A model generated the notes under the pieces. That model was not told the DNA's origin, made no database searches, and saw nothing but the letters and a program-made list of their open reading frames with translations. A stretch of DNA of 17,571 bases, taken from the UHGV virus genome UHGV-0122130. One strand, written 5' to 3'. Position numbers and translations under genes: made by a program. Position 1 is the first letter of the stretch, and each line of letters begins with the position of its first letter. Source of the DNA: a virus. Below, in pieces: positions 1-8,616 of this stretch.

Positions 1-112
1 AACTGAAGTTGCCCTGAAAATGAAATTTTTTTGCACAACCGCAGAACTTTTCCGCAGGGCATCAGTCTTAATTAGTGCCACTGCTTTTCTTTGATGTCCC
101 CATTTTGTGGAG

Positions 113-156
113 CCCATCAACCCCGCCATTTCGGTTCAAGGTTGATGGGTTTTTTG
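113..156 (+). terminator. Candidate rho-independent terminator: perfect 10-bp stem (cccatcaacc / ggttgatggg), 17-nt loop, then TTTTTTG
   Basis: Inverted repeat 113..122 and 140..149 followed by a T6 run at 150..155 on the plus strand. The minus-strand version has no U tract, so it is unidirectional. Confidence 0.5.
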
Positions 157-235
157 TTGCCTAAAATTTATGCCATTCAAAATCATGATGTTAGAAGCAC
201 TGTTTTTTAATGATGGCGACAAATTGGCGGCAGCG

Positions 236-454
236 TCAAAGAGAGAGCACCACCTGTCCTGATTTCATTGGATGCGGCTGAACCGGATTTGACTCTTTTG
301 GCGTTGCAATCGAACGAACAAAAGTTTCATGGGTAACAAAAGTATGGCTGCAGTTAATGTTCTGGCACTGGTTGTAACGCTCTTTGGTCAATGAAGATAC
401 CTGAAAACTGCTGCGAGTATGAGCGGCACTTCCACACAGTGGGCAAATCATCAT
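236..454 (-). CDS. ogr: Ogr/Delta-family zinc-finger late-gene transcriptional activator
   Basis: ORF 236..487 contains MMICPLCGSAAH...KERYNQCQNINCSHTF with a C-x2-C-x22-C-x4-C motif, closely resembling P2 Ogr (72 aa). Start placed at the internal Met (454) to give about 72 aa. Sits just downstream of gene D as in P2. Confidence 0.85.
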   Translation of the reverse strand: MMICPLCGSAAHTRSSFQVSSLTKERYNQCQNINCSHTFVTHETFVRSIATPKESNPVQPHPMKSGQVVLSL

Positions 455-544
455 TTTTCGAGTTCTCCCCATTTTTGCTAAATTCACAATAATGATACCG
501 CATTATTCCATTTTGAAAACTTAAAAGTTCTCCATTGCGAAGAA

Positions 545-1645
545 TCATTCCATTTCGAAATCATCAATCTTCACTTCAAGCTCCAGACTGGTCGTAAAAC
601 CGTTATCCGGGCTGACAGTATGCGTCAGGGTGGTAATAGTCCATTCCGCATCATCTATCGGCTGTTTAAAACCACTGACCTTCACAGGCATTTCCGTGTA
701 GAGATCTGCCCGCCCTTCCGCCAGTTGTAGCGAGAATGACGCAACGCCGCGTTGCAGGCGTTCCCACTGCATTTTTGCCGCTCGTTCGGCGTTGCTCCGG
801 TTGGCATAAGTGCGATTAAGTACCAGCACGTTTTCATCCGTCCCCACCAGGTAATCGCCCTGCTTCGCTTCCGGCTCTTTCTTCTGCTTCTTAGTCCTGC
901 GCTTACGCTTCACCGTAGTGCTTTCTTTCTTCGCGGGTTCGCGGGTATGCAACCAGCTGGCAATTACCCCCGTGTAAGCTCCGCGATCTGCCAGGGTAAA
1001 GCGGTGACTGTCGCCGTCCTTACGTATGATAGTGATCACCGGCAGTGGTTTACCGCTGGCGCTTTTGCCCTGTCCCTGCCGGATGAATAACAGATTGCCA
1101 TTTTTCACCGATGCAATGGCACCGTACTGGCGCGCCAGCCGCATCAAAAAACTGCCGTCACTCTCATTAGTCTGGTCTATATGCTCCACGGGTTTATCCG
1201 ACAGGTCTTTACCCAGTGCCATCTTCAGTTTGTGACGCGCAGCTATTTCCTTCACCACTTCCCCGACCGTGGTCTTGTGCCACGATTTTTCACGACGGGT
1301 ATTCAGCGTTTCCCGAAAATCAGCGCTTCGCGCCCGGATAGTCAGGCGGTCCGGTGCGCCAGTGTGTTCAATCTCGTCCACCGTGAATGCCCCTTTCGGG
1401 AAAAGCGGCTGCCCCTTCCAGCCCAGCGCCAGCGTAATGACCGCACCACGGCGCGGCAGCACGATTTTTCCGTCGGCGTCGTCCAGCTCCAGATCAAGCT
1501 GGTCCGCTTCAAAGCCCCGGTTATCCGTCAGCGTAAGCCCCATCAGGCGGTTGTCCAGCACAGTGGTGATATCCCTGCCCTCAATACTGATGCTGAATGC
1601 TGGCGTTTTGTTGCCTTTGTTAAGCAGTTCAGAGCTGAAATTCAC
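545..1645 (-). CDS. D: Tail protein D (P2 gpD, late control D family)
   Basis: 366-aa ORF; size, sequence character and position downstream of the U gene with overlapping start/stop match P2 gpD. Confidence 0.88.
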   Translation of the reverse strand: MNFSSELLNKGNKTPAFSISIEGRDITTVLDNRLMGLTLTDNRGFEADQLDLELDDADGKIVLPRRGAVITLALGWKGQPLFPKGAFTVDEIEHTGAPDRLTIRARSADFRETLNTRREKSWHKTTVGEVVKEIAARHKLKMALGKDLSDKPVEHIDQTNESDGSFLMRLARQYGAIASVKNGNLLFIRQGQGKSASGKPLPVITIIRKDGDSHRFTLADRGAYTGVIASWLHTREPAKKESTTVKRKRRTKKQKKEPEAKQGDYLVGTDENVLVLNRTYANRSNAERAAKMQWERLQRGVASFSLQLAEGRADLYTEMPVKVSGFKQPIDDAEWTITTLTHTVSPDNGFTTSLELEVKIDDFEME

Positions 1646-2127
1646 GACAGCAGCCCTCCCACCGTTTTACTGATATCACTTAAGGCAGACGTTACCGTGT
1701 CCTGCAGATTATTCAGTTGCGCACTAAGATCACCGAACATATCGGACAGGGATTCATCCACCCGTTTGAGCGACAGAGTGAACTCAATCCGGCGCGGCAT
1801 ACCATCGCGGAAAAACTCCGTTTTAGTCTGATTTAGTCCCTCAATCACATACATGCCGTAAATCGTGCCGCTGCCTTCAATCAGGGGCCATGCTTTCCCC
1901 TGTTCTGCCATCTGTTCCAGTGCCAACAACGACAGCCTGCCACCTGTTATCTCCGGCATAAGAACACCAGAAAGCGTCAGCATGTCGTTGTCCGGTCCCA
2001 GAAACTGCGTGGACGGACGTCGATTTACCCGGCTGTTTGCCGCATGTCGCCAGCTGCGTTGATACTGCAGTTCCTGATACGGCACGGTGCGCAGCATAAA
2101 CACGTACAATCCCAGCACCATCATCAC
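1642..2127 (-). CDS. U: Tail protein U (P2 gpU)
   Basis: 161-aa ORF between the tape measure gene and D; ATGA-type overlaps with both neighbours. Confidence 0.85.
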   Translation of the reverse strand: MMMVLGLYVFMLRTVPYQELQYQRSWRHAANSRVNRRPSTQFLGPDNDMLTLSGVLMPEITGGRLSLLALEQMAEQGKAWPLIEGSGTIYGMYVIEGLNQTKTEFFRDGMPRRIEFTLSLKRVDESLSDMFGDLSAQLNNLQDTVTSALSDISKTVGGLLS

Positions 2128-5100
2128 GCGTCGTATCCCCCCTGATCGCTGTAGTTACTCCTGGCTTTTGCCTTCAGCCTGCGTTCACGTTCATCAAGCT
2201 GGCGGGCCACCTCCCGCGCAATATCCTGCGCACTTTGTCCTGGCTGCGTCTGGATGATGATCTGCGTCGGTGCCTCAATGCTGTAAACGGGCGGCACAGC
2301 GGCTGCGCGACTCACCATCGCTTCTCCACCTTTCGCGGGAAGTGCCAAAGGGTGCAACGGTGGAAGCTCTGCTGGCGCGGCAGCAACGCCCATCATTCCG
2401 GCAACAACGGCAGCCAGTGCAGCTGTATTTCTCCGGCTGGTCACGTTTGCCGGACCGTTGACAATTTCAGGCCCGTTTTCACCGACGATGCCAAACTGCC
2501 CGTGCGGGATATACCCACCGCTGTCATACATCCCCGCAAAGCCATATCCCCATGACGGGAAACCACCCGATGGCATCATCACTTTACCGTCTGCATTCAC
2601 CGTCGCAGGTTGCTGACGCGTCACGCTTTCCGGCAGTTTTGCCTTTGCGGCCTCTTTACTGACAATGCCGAGTTTCTCCAGCAACCAGGAAACGCCGGAT
2701 TTCAGGGAGTCCAGCGGATGCATGACCATATTCAGCCCTTCCGCCAGTGCCTCCCCGAATCGTCGCCCCATTGCCGCTGCGCTCTGCAGTTCGGCAGAGG
2801 TCGACTTAACGGGCGTCAGCAGATCAGTAAACCAGCCCCACAACGCCTGCACTTTGTCGCCAATCCACTGAAACACAGGCTTAAGTGGTTCGAATGCTGC
2901 ACTGATGGGACCTGCCGCCGCTTTGAATCCTTCCACCACGCCACCGAGAAATGCGGTGATGGGTTGCCAGTATTTCCAGACAACCAGCGCTACGCCCGCC
3001 AGTGCAGTAACCACAAGACCTATCGGACTGAGCAGAGCACCTAACAGACCAGATACGGCATACAGGGCAATGCGCAACATCGCCAGCGGGCCGGATGCGA
3101 GCACACGCAGCACCGCGCCTGCGGCAGCCAGCCCACCGCGTAGTGCTGCCAGTGGATTCATAAACATCACAGCAACAGCACGTAAACCGGATAATCCAGA
3201 CCGCAAAAGTGCAACCAGCGCACCTGCTACAGTTTTCAGGACATTCCCCGTCAGTGATGCCGTGCGACGCAAAGATGACAACGGAGCAGTAAGTAAACCC
3301 GCTGCGTTGCCCGATGAAGCAAGCCCGCGTCGCAGCAGTGCCAGTGGTGCGCCAGCCAGCCAGGACAACGCGCTGCTGGTTCGAGTTACTGCTGCCGTAA
3401 CGGAAGGTAACGTTTTGATACCCAGCACAGAGAATCCCAGACGGATCACTGCCAGCGGCCCCAGCACTGCAGCCAGCGCCACCGCTAAGGTGCCGAGGCC
3501 TACGGTAACCGCAGCCACAACAGCCGCTACTTTCATCAGTGTGCCTGTCAGTTCCGGGTTAGCTTCCACCCAGCGGCGCAACGCCCCCGTAATGCTTTTC
3601 ACCGTGTACAGAATATCCATCAGCGGCTGGCGCAGCGTTTCGCCCAGGCTGCTGAAGGTGTTCTGCGCTCCGGTTTTGACCAGCAACCACTGAGCAGAAA
3701 GTGAGTCTTTGTTGATGTCGGATTCTTTCTGCATGGAACCGAGCGCATCATTGCCCGCTGTCAGTTTTAGCTGGCGCTGCAGTTCCGGAAGGTTGTTTGC
3801 CAGTTTCGCCGCGTCATCACCAAACTCTTTACCAAACAACATGGTCATGGCAGACAGACGCTTGTCCTGCGGCAGTGCGTTCACCTTCTCCAGCACACGC
3901 TGAATAGTTCCCATCGCATCCTTCGTCATCTGCTTTTCAATCACTTCAGGATTGAGTTTCAGCAGATTCATCCCTTCAAAGAAACTCTTGCTTTGCATGG
4001 TGGCAATGGACAATTCACGCACCATCGCGTTTGCTGCACTGGCTGCAACCTCCGGCGCAGCGCCCAGTGTCAGAAAGGTGGAACCCAGTGCCGCCGCTTT
4101 ACGATAATCCAGACGGTCAGCCACACCGCCCAGACGTTGCATCACATCAATGATGTCCGCCCCTTTCGACATGGCGTTATCATCCAGATAGTTCAGCGCA
4201 TCGCCGAGCTGTTCAATATTGCGGGTAGGTATTTTGTAGAGCTGGGCGATTTTCCCCAGACTTTCTGACAGTTCATCCGCTGGCAGCTCAAAGGCTGTTG
4301 CCGCCTTTGCTGCCGTACTGGCGAAGGCCAGCAGGTCACGTTTCTGGTCTTCCCAGCTGTCGTCAGGGTTTGCGACGTTCATGCGCGCACCACCTTCAAC
4401 CAGTGCAGCGAAGTCCACCGCACCGTTTTCCATCGGCAACTGTTCGCTGGCAGCCTTGATGGCATCCTGCATTTCATAAAAACGTGCAGTGCGGTTGCCA
4501 TTATCGTCACGCAGACCATTGACCTGCTTTGCCACACCTTTCATGGCATCTTCCATGCTGGTATAGCTTTTTACTGCCGCCATCACTGGCGTCCCCATTG
4601 CCAGCCCTGCAGCCGTGGTGGTGGCTCCGGCTCCTGCGATGCGATCGCGCACCTCCAGCGAACGGGCATAACTGGCACGCGCTGCATTCATCCTGCGCTG
4701 AGCTTCCCCCAGTCGCTTCAACCGCGCCTCCTGTTTCGACAGTTCCTGGTTATAACGTGATGTTTCACGGGCTAAACGGGCAGTTGCTCCCGCATCATCT
4801 TTCGCAGAAATTCCCGCCCGGTACAGTTCTGCACGCACAAGCGCCGTTTGCTTCTGCAAATATTTTTGTTGTTCTTCCAGGCGTTGGACTGCCAGCGTTT
4901 GCCGACCTAAAGCCACAAGGTGCCGTTGTGATGGTTGTTCCATCGACTCCAGCTCAGAGCTAAGCAAATTAGCCTTCTGTCTGGCATAGTTCAGCCTGTC
5001 GCCTAACTTCTTGTTATCGGCCTGCAGCTTGCGAAATTTTTCCAGGCTGTTACCCGCCTGATTGAGTTGCTTTAATGCGTCACGGGAGTTTCTGATTGCG

Positions 5101-5201
5101 CCAGCCAGCTCTTTCGAACTGGCCTGTGCAGCACGGAATGGGCGGGTGAGTTTGTCAACCGCATTAAGAATGACCTGCAGCCGCAGGTTATTATCACTCA
5201 T
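2124..5201 (-). CDS. T: Tail tape measure protein (P2 gpT-like)
   Basis: 1025-aa ORF with a coiled-coil-like Ala/Gln/Leu/Arg-rich N-terminal part and a long Ala/Leu/Gly-rich hydrophobic central region typical of tape measure proteins; lies directly downstream of E/E'. Confidence 0.9.
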   Translation of the reverse strand: MSDNNLRLQVILNAVDKLTRPFRAAQASSKELAGAIRNSRDALKQLNQAGNSLEKFRKLQADNKKLGDRLNYARQKANLLSSELESMEQPSQRHLVALGRQTLAVQRLEEQQKYLQKQTALVRAELYRAGISAKDDAGATARLARETSRYNQELSKQEARLKRLGEAQRRMNAARASYARSLEVRDRIAGAGATTTAAGLAMGTPVMAAVKSYTSMEDAMKGVAKQVNGLRDDNGNRTARFYEMQDAIKAASEQLPMENGAVDFAALVEGGARMNVANPDDSWEDQKRDLLAFASTAAKAATAFELPADELSESLGKIAQLYKIPTRNIEQLGDALNYLDDNAMSKGADIIDVMQRLGGVADRLDYRKAAALGSTFLTLGAAPEVAASAANAMVRELSIATMQSKSFFEGMNLLKLNPEVIEKQMTKDAMGTIQRVLEKVNALPQDKRLSAMTMLFGKEFGDDAAKLANNLPELQRQLKLTAGNDALGSMQKESDINKDSLSAQWLLVKTGAQNTFSSLGETLRQPLMDILYTVKSITGALRRWVEANPELTGTLMKVAAVVAAVTVGLGTLAVALAAVLGPLAVIRLGFSVLGIKTLPSVTAAVTRTSSALSWLAGAPLALLRRGLASSGNAAGLLTAPLSSLRRTASLTGNVLKTVAGALVALLRSGLSGLRAVAVMFMNPLAALRGGLAAAGAVLRVLASGPLAMLRIALYAVSGLLGALLSPIGLVVTALAGVALVVWKYWQPITAFLGGVVEGFKAAAGPISAAFEPLKPVFQWIGDKVQALWGWFTDLLTPVKSTSAELQSAAAMGRRFGEALAEGLNMVMHPLDSLKSGVSWLLEKLGIVSKEAAKAKLPESVTRQQPATVNADGKVMMPSGGFPSWGYGFAGMYDSGGYIPHGQFGIVGENGPEIVNGPANVTSRRNTAALAAVVAGMMGVAAAPAELPPLHPLALPAKGGEAMVSRAAAVPPVYSIEAPTQIIIQTQPGQSAQDIAREVARQLDERERRLKAKARSNYSDQGGYDA

Positions 5202-5630
5202 CGTTGGCCCCGCTTCTCTGAATCGCTTTATACCGCCATTCCAGCACTTCGGTCAGCGGCATAACGTCAGTAACGGATGGCGGCCAGTGAAAAATGGTGG
5301 CGATATCTGCCACCAGATCGTCAACCGTCAGGCTGTCGGTAAACCGGCAAGCACCGACTTCTTCAACAAAAAAGTGACAACCTCAACCGACATGGCAGTG
5401 AGATCTGCCGGGTCCATCTCTGCAATTTCCTGTGCAGTCAGTGCCGGACTGGAGATGCGGGGGATCACGGTCATCATCGCGTTCACATCCATATCCATAA
5501 TGGCCTGCAGGCGTGTACCGCGCAGCGCACCGGACTGCGGTTTACGCAGCACAATTTCGGTGATTTCTGTTTTACCGCGCTTGATGGGGGTATCCAGTTG
5601 AATGGTCTTTTCAGTCTGCTTATCACTCAT
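5194..5630 (-). CDS. E': E+E' tail assembly chaperone, predicted -1 programmed frameshift product
   Basis: Hand translation of the minus strand: after the slippery site T_TTT_TTG (5373..5367) the -1 frame stays open for a further 57 codons (FFVEEVGACRFTDSLTVDDLVADIATIFHWPPSVTDVMPLTEVLEWRYKAIQRSGANDE) to a TGA at 5196..5194, overlapping the T start codon at 5201..5199. Confidence 0.65.
5328..5630 (-). CDS. E: Tail assembly chaperone E (P2 gpE)
   Basis: 100-aa ORF upstream of T, ending ...VTFLLKKSVLAGLPTA; contains the slippery heptamer near its 3' end. Confidence 0.85.
   Translation of the reverse strand: MSDKQTEKTIQLDTPIKRGKTEITEIVLRKPQSGALRGTRLQAIMDMDVNAMMTVIPRISSPALTAQEIAEMDPADLTAMSVEVVTFLLKKSVLAGLPTA
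5367..5373 (-). other. Slippery heptanucleotide TTTTTTG for the E/E' -1 translational frameshift
   Basis: Plus strand reads caaaaaa at 5367..5373, so the minus strand reads T TTT TTG within the codons T-F-L of gpE. Confidence 0.6.
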
Positions 5631-5684
5631 TTTGCTGTCCTGTAAATTGGGTTCTGGCGCGGTATCCCGCGCCGTTCAGATATA

Positions 5685-6200
5685 TCAGAGGCCGAGGGCG
5701 TTGCGGTGCGCTTCCATCAGGTCCATACCGTCCACAATTTCCACCATGTTGATAAGGTCCACTTCATAGAGCACCTCACCATTGATGGTCAGCTTCGCGT
5801 AGCTGTTGGTACTGGTCACTTTGGTGGTGTTGCTTTCGCCCGTCTTCCACTCGCCGGAATCCACTTCTTTGTGACGTCCACGCACCACAAGCTCCACGGC
5901 CTGCACTTCTCCGGTATCGTCACGCTGGATAGAGCCGGTAAAGCGCAACTGGATGCCATCCACCGTGGCTTTGCCCATCTGCTTAAACAGCAGCAGTTCA
6001 GTACCACCAATGGAAAATTCTGTGTCCAGCGCACTGTCATCAAGCCCCAGATCCACATCAACTGCACCAGGCATTCCGCCGCCGCGATACTTCTCATATT
6101 TGCGGGTGAATTTCGGCAGCGTCAGCGACTCTACGATCCCCTGCCAGTTGTTCCCGTCGTTAAACAGGTTCAGATGTTTTAATTTGCGTGGTAAAGCCAT
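5685..6200 (-). CDS. FII: Tail tube protein FII
   Basis: 171-aa ORF immediately downstream of the sheath gene, matching P2 FII in size and position. Confidence 0.88.
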   Translation of the reverse strand: MALPRKLKHLNLFNDGNNWQGIVESLTLPKFTRKYEKYRGGGMPGAVDVDLGLDDSALDTEFSIGGTELLLFKQMGKATVDGIQLRFTGSIQRDDTGEVQAVELVVRGRHKEVDSGEWKTGESNTTKVTSTNSYAKLTINGEVLYEVDLINMVEIVDGMDLMEAHRNALGL

Positions 6201-6209
6201 GTTGTCCCC

Positions 6210-7382
6210 TTACGCGCTGACCTGGCTGGCGAAATTCACCAGGTACTGATCGGTGATGCGCTGACGCAGCATCAGGTTTTCAAGTGGCGGCACTGGCGTG
6301 TAGTCGTAGTCGATGGTGAGTTTTCCGGCTTTCAGCGTGTCTTTGTCGTTCACCGACTCGTCCAGCCAGCAATCACCACCAATGAGATACCCCTGACTGA
6401 CCAGGCTGCGCATTTTGGCGCGGATACCTTCGATAATGTCGCGCGCCAGCGACGGGTTAAGAGGTTTATCCACCGCCCACATGTGCGCTTCTGCCATCGT
6501 GTCCATCAGCACCTGCGCCGTGCGGGTGTAGTTTTCGAAGGTAAAGAGCGGGTCATCACTCAGGCAGCGGGAACCCCAGAAGCGGAAGCCGTCTTTACGC
6601 ACAAGTGTGGTGACGTCGTTCTGGTTCAGCAGACCTGCATCGGTTGCCGGGTCCTGCAGATCCCAGAAAACATCAGCAGAAATTCCGGTGACACCGTTAA
6701 CGCCCACGTTGGACAGGCTTTTGTGCCATCCGGTCTGCTCGTCAATTTTGGCGCGCAGACCAAGCGCACGGGCGGTGGCATAAGCCGTTGCTTCGGCATT
6801 CAGCACCGTGTCCCAGCCAGTAAAGTCGGGCCAGATCAGCATTCCTTCACGCTGACTGAAGTTTTTACGGTAAGTGATTGCTTCCTGCACCGTCTTGCAA
6901 CCATACGCTGACAGGTAAGCAAATCCACGCAGGCTTTGCGCCACGCTCAGCAACTCAGTAGCTACCGCCTTCGTGTCGTGACCTGGCACGCCGAGAATGC
7001 GCGGTTTAACGCCGAGCTGTGACTGGGCAGATAACAGGGCTTTCATGCCTGTTTTTTTACCTTCAGCGGTCACTGCTCCGATGATATTGGTCGTGGTTTC
7101 TTCTTCCGTTTCACCCTGCGGTACACGCACAACAACGGTCACGGGTTTTGCCTGGTCAGAGATGGCGTCCAGCGAACGGGCCAGCGTGCCGGACTCACCC
7201 GCTTTACCGCTGGCAGTCAGCACATCAGTGATCAGCACGGGTTTATTAAGAGGAAACATTTTTGCATCGGCATCATCGCCCGTGCAGACCATACCCACGA
7301 TGGCGGTGCTCACCGTGGTAATGGATCGGGTGCCTTCGTTGACTTCAACAACGCGCACCCCATGGTGGTAATCCTGAGCCAT
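6210..7382 (-). CDS. FI: Contractile tail sheath protein FI
   Basis: ORF 6210..7415; P2 gpFI-like N-terminus [19 protein letters not shown] begins at the internal Met (ATG 7382..7380), which is preceded by AGGAGG about 8 nt upstream. Confidence 0.88.
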   Translation of the reverse strand: MAQDYHHGVRVVEVNEGTRSITTVSTAIVGMVCTGDDADAKMFPLNKPVLITDVLTASGKAGESGTLARSLDAISDQAKPVTVVVRVPQGETEEETTTNIIGAVTAEGKKTGMKALLSAQSQLGVKPRILGVPGHDTKAVATELLSVAQSLRGFAYLSAYGCKTVQEAITYRKNFSQREGMLIWPDFTGWDTVLNAEATAYATARALGLRAKIDEQTGWHKSLSNVGVNGVTGISADVFWDLQDPATDAGLLNQNDVTTLVRKDGFRFWGSRCLSDDPLFTFENYTRTAQVLMDTMAEAHMWAVDKPLNPSLARDIIEGIRAKMRSLVSQGYLIGGDCWLDESVNDKDTLKAGKLTIDYDYTPVPPLENLMLRQRITDQYLVNFASQVSA

Positions 7383-7457
7383 AGTGGCGAACCTCCTGAT
7401 TGGATTAGGCTTCACCCTATGTTGAAGTGATTGTGCCTGACAAACAGCTAAGCGCAG

Positions 7458-7477
7458 TTGTACCGTTATTCACACAA
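7458..7477 (-). promoter_or_regulatory. Candidate Ogr-dependent late promoter activator site (TTGT-N12-ACAA dyad) upstream of FI
   Basis: ttgtaccgttattcacacaa at 7458..7477, centred about 88 nt upstream of the FI ATG. P2/186-type late promoters carry a TGT-N12-ACA element centred near -55. Confidence 0.45.
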
Positions 7478-7524
7478 AATGACGGTATTTGTCTGCTTGC
7501 AGGGATAATCAAAATAATGCTGAT

Positions 7525-8091
7525 TCAGGGAGATTCATTGCTCTTATTTGCCGGAAATTTTCTATAAATGGTAGAAACGCCTACATCAAAAATCAGTGCA
7601 ATACGCTGTCTTGATTCTCCGGCCTCGAGTAAGCGTCCAATCTGTGCCCACTGTTCGGTGGTCAACTTAGGACGGCGTCCACCTACTCTGCCTTTGGCGC
7701 GAGCTGCAGCAAGCCCCGCCCTGGTACGTTCAACTATCAGTTCGCGTTCCATTTCAGCCAGGGCGCCCATGACATGAAAAAAGAAACGGCCCATTGGGGT
7801 ACTGGTATCAATACTGTCAGTCAGGCTTCGGAAATTCACACCACGCTGGCGCAACTCTTCTATCAGCGTAACAAGATGCCGCATACTGCGCCCCAACCTA
7901 TCCAGCTTCCAGACAACCAGCGTGTCTCCTGCCGATAGTGTCCTGAGCAGTTTTTTCAGCCCCGGTCTGTCGGACTTAGTGCCACTGATTTTGTCCTCAA
8001 AAATCCGCTCACATCCCGCGCAGTTCAGCGCATTACGTTGCAAATCGGTGTTCTGGTCATTTGTTGACACGCGTACATAGCCAATAAGCAT
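7525..8091 (-). CDS. Serine-recombinase DNA invertase (Gin/Pin/Cin/Hin family)
   Basis: MLIGYVRVSTNDQNTDLQ... N-terminus with the catalytic-serine motif, GRFFFHVMGALAEMEREL core and C-terminal helix-turn-helix (RQRIALIFDVGVSTIYRKF); very similar in sequence and length to Mu Gin. The ORF opens at 8097 (MIM...), but the SD-like GGGAG fits the third codon best, so the start is set at 8091. Confidence 0.9.
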   Translation of the reverse strand: MLIGYVRVSTNDQNTDLQRNALNCAGCERIFEDKISGTKSDRPGLKKLLRTLSAGDTLVVWKLDRLGRSMRHLVTLIEELRQRGVNFRSLTDSIDTSTPMGRFFFHVMGALAEMERELIVERTRAGLAAARAKGRVGGRRPKLTTEQWAQIGRLLEAGESRQRIALIFDVGVSTIYRKFPANKSNESP

Positions 8092-8146
8092 GATCATCTC
8101 CCTGAATAAAAATAGGGGATGATGCCAGTTAGCCGTAATCGCTGCA

Positions 8147-8172
8147 TTTTCTTAAACGTTGGTTTGGGAGAA
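8147..8172 (+). repeat. Invertase recombination site (gix/hix-like 12-2-12 site), segment end next to the invertase gene
   Basis: TTTTCTTAAACG-TT-GGTTTGGGAGAA; shares a 15-bp perfect inverted repeat (ttggtttgggagaag, 8159..8173) with 9965..9979. Both half-sites resemble the hix/gix half-site pattern TTnTCnnAAACC. Confidence 0.6.
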
Positions 8173-8616
8173 GGTGCTCCGGCTATTGGAGTTCCGTTCT
8201 TCTGGCCCTCCGCTGCAATGCCAAATACCGTAATCAACAGCTGGTCCGGTATGGTGTTTTTGAAGTTCAACGGAGCGAAATTTTCTGCCACTGATTACCC
8301 TGTGCTGGCGAAAGTGTTTCCGTCGCTGGTATTACCTGACGCACGGGGTGATTTCATTCGTATCTGGGATGATGGGTGCGGGGTGGATAGTGGGCGAGCA
8401 TTATTAAGCTGGCAGGCAGCAACATCTTTATCGCAATTTGGAGGTAATTATCCAGAGGGCTCCGGCCATTCGATTGCTAATCACGATGGAATATCAGCAC
8501 ACGAGCCGGGTTTCTCTCGATACCATTACACCAGTAATTCAGTGGGTGATGGTGTGAATTTTATTGCCGTCAGGCCACGTAACATCGCATTTAACTTTCT
8601 GGTGAGGGCTAAATAA
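8159..8616 (+). CDS. Silent alternative tail-fibre C-terminal cassette (Sv'), promoterless in this orientation
   Basis: ORF 8119..8616 reads ...NVGLGEGAPAIGVPFFWPSAAMP...KFSATDYPVLAKVFPSLVLPDARGDFIRIWDDG, a Mu/P1-type fibre C-terminus. The frame is continuous with the constant part of H across the crossover core. The first 13 codons of the ORF-track ORF (8119..8158) lie outside the segment and are probably not coding. Confidence 0.7.

Noticed and set aside
19-93. Possible 24-codon plus-strand peptide (MKFFCTTAELFRRASVLISATAFL) upstream of the terminator hairpin
   Set aside because: Too short, no convincing RBS and nothing recognisable; noted only because it lies in the one uncovered stretch.
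354-548. 64-aa minus-strand ORF overlapping ogr in another frame
   Set aside because: Overlaps the well-supported ogr reading frame and its upstream region; no family resemblance.
2905-3693. 262-aa plus-strand ORF inside the tape measure gene, along with other plus-strand ORFs such as 1181..1831, 2610..3044, 4529..4963 and 5062..5601
   Set aside because: They are antisense to well-supported GC-rich minus-strand genes, have low-complexity Ala/Pro/Ser/Arg-rich translations and no recognisable phage function or RBS; typical shadow ORFs.
7383-7415. In-frame N-terminal extensions of FI ([11 protein letters not shown]), and similarly of J (12531..12569), LysA (15289..15360), L (16670..16732) and ogr (455..487)
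   Set aside because: Where I could compare with remembered P2 N-termini (FI, J, ogr) or see an RBS (FI, LysA, L), the internal Met is the better start; the extensions lack Shine-Dalgarno sequences.
8119-8158. N-terminal 13 codons (MMPVSRNRCIFLN) of the ORF-track Sv' ORF
   Set aside because: They lie outside the invertible segment, upstream of the crossover core; in the productive orientation Sv' is fused to H, so this apparent start is probably fortuitous.
8094-8291. 65-aa minus-strand ORF ending just upstream of the invertase start and covering the proximal recombination site
   Set aside because: Antisense to Sv', no similarity to known families and no RBS; more likely the invertase promoter/leader region than a gene.
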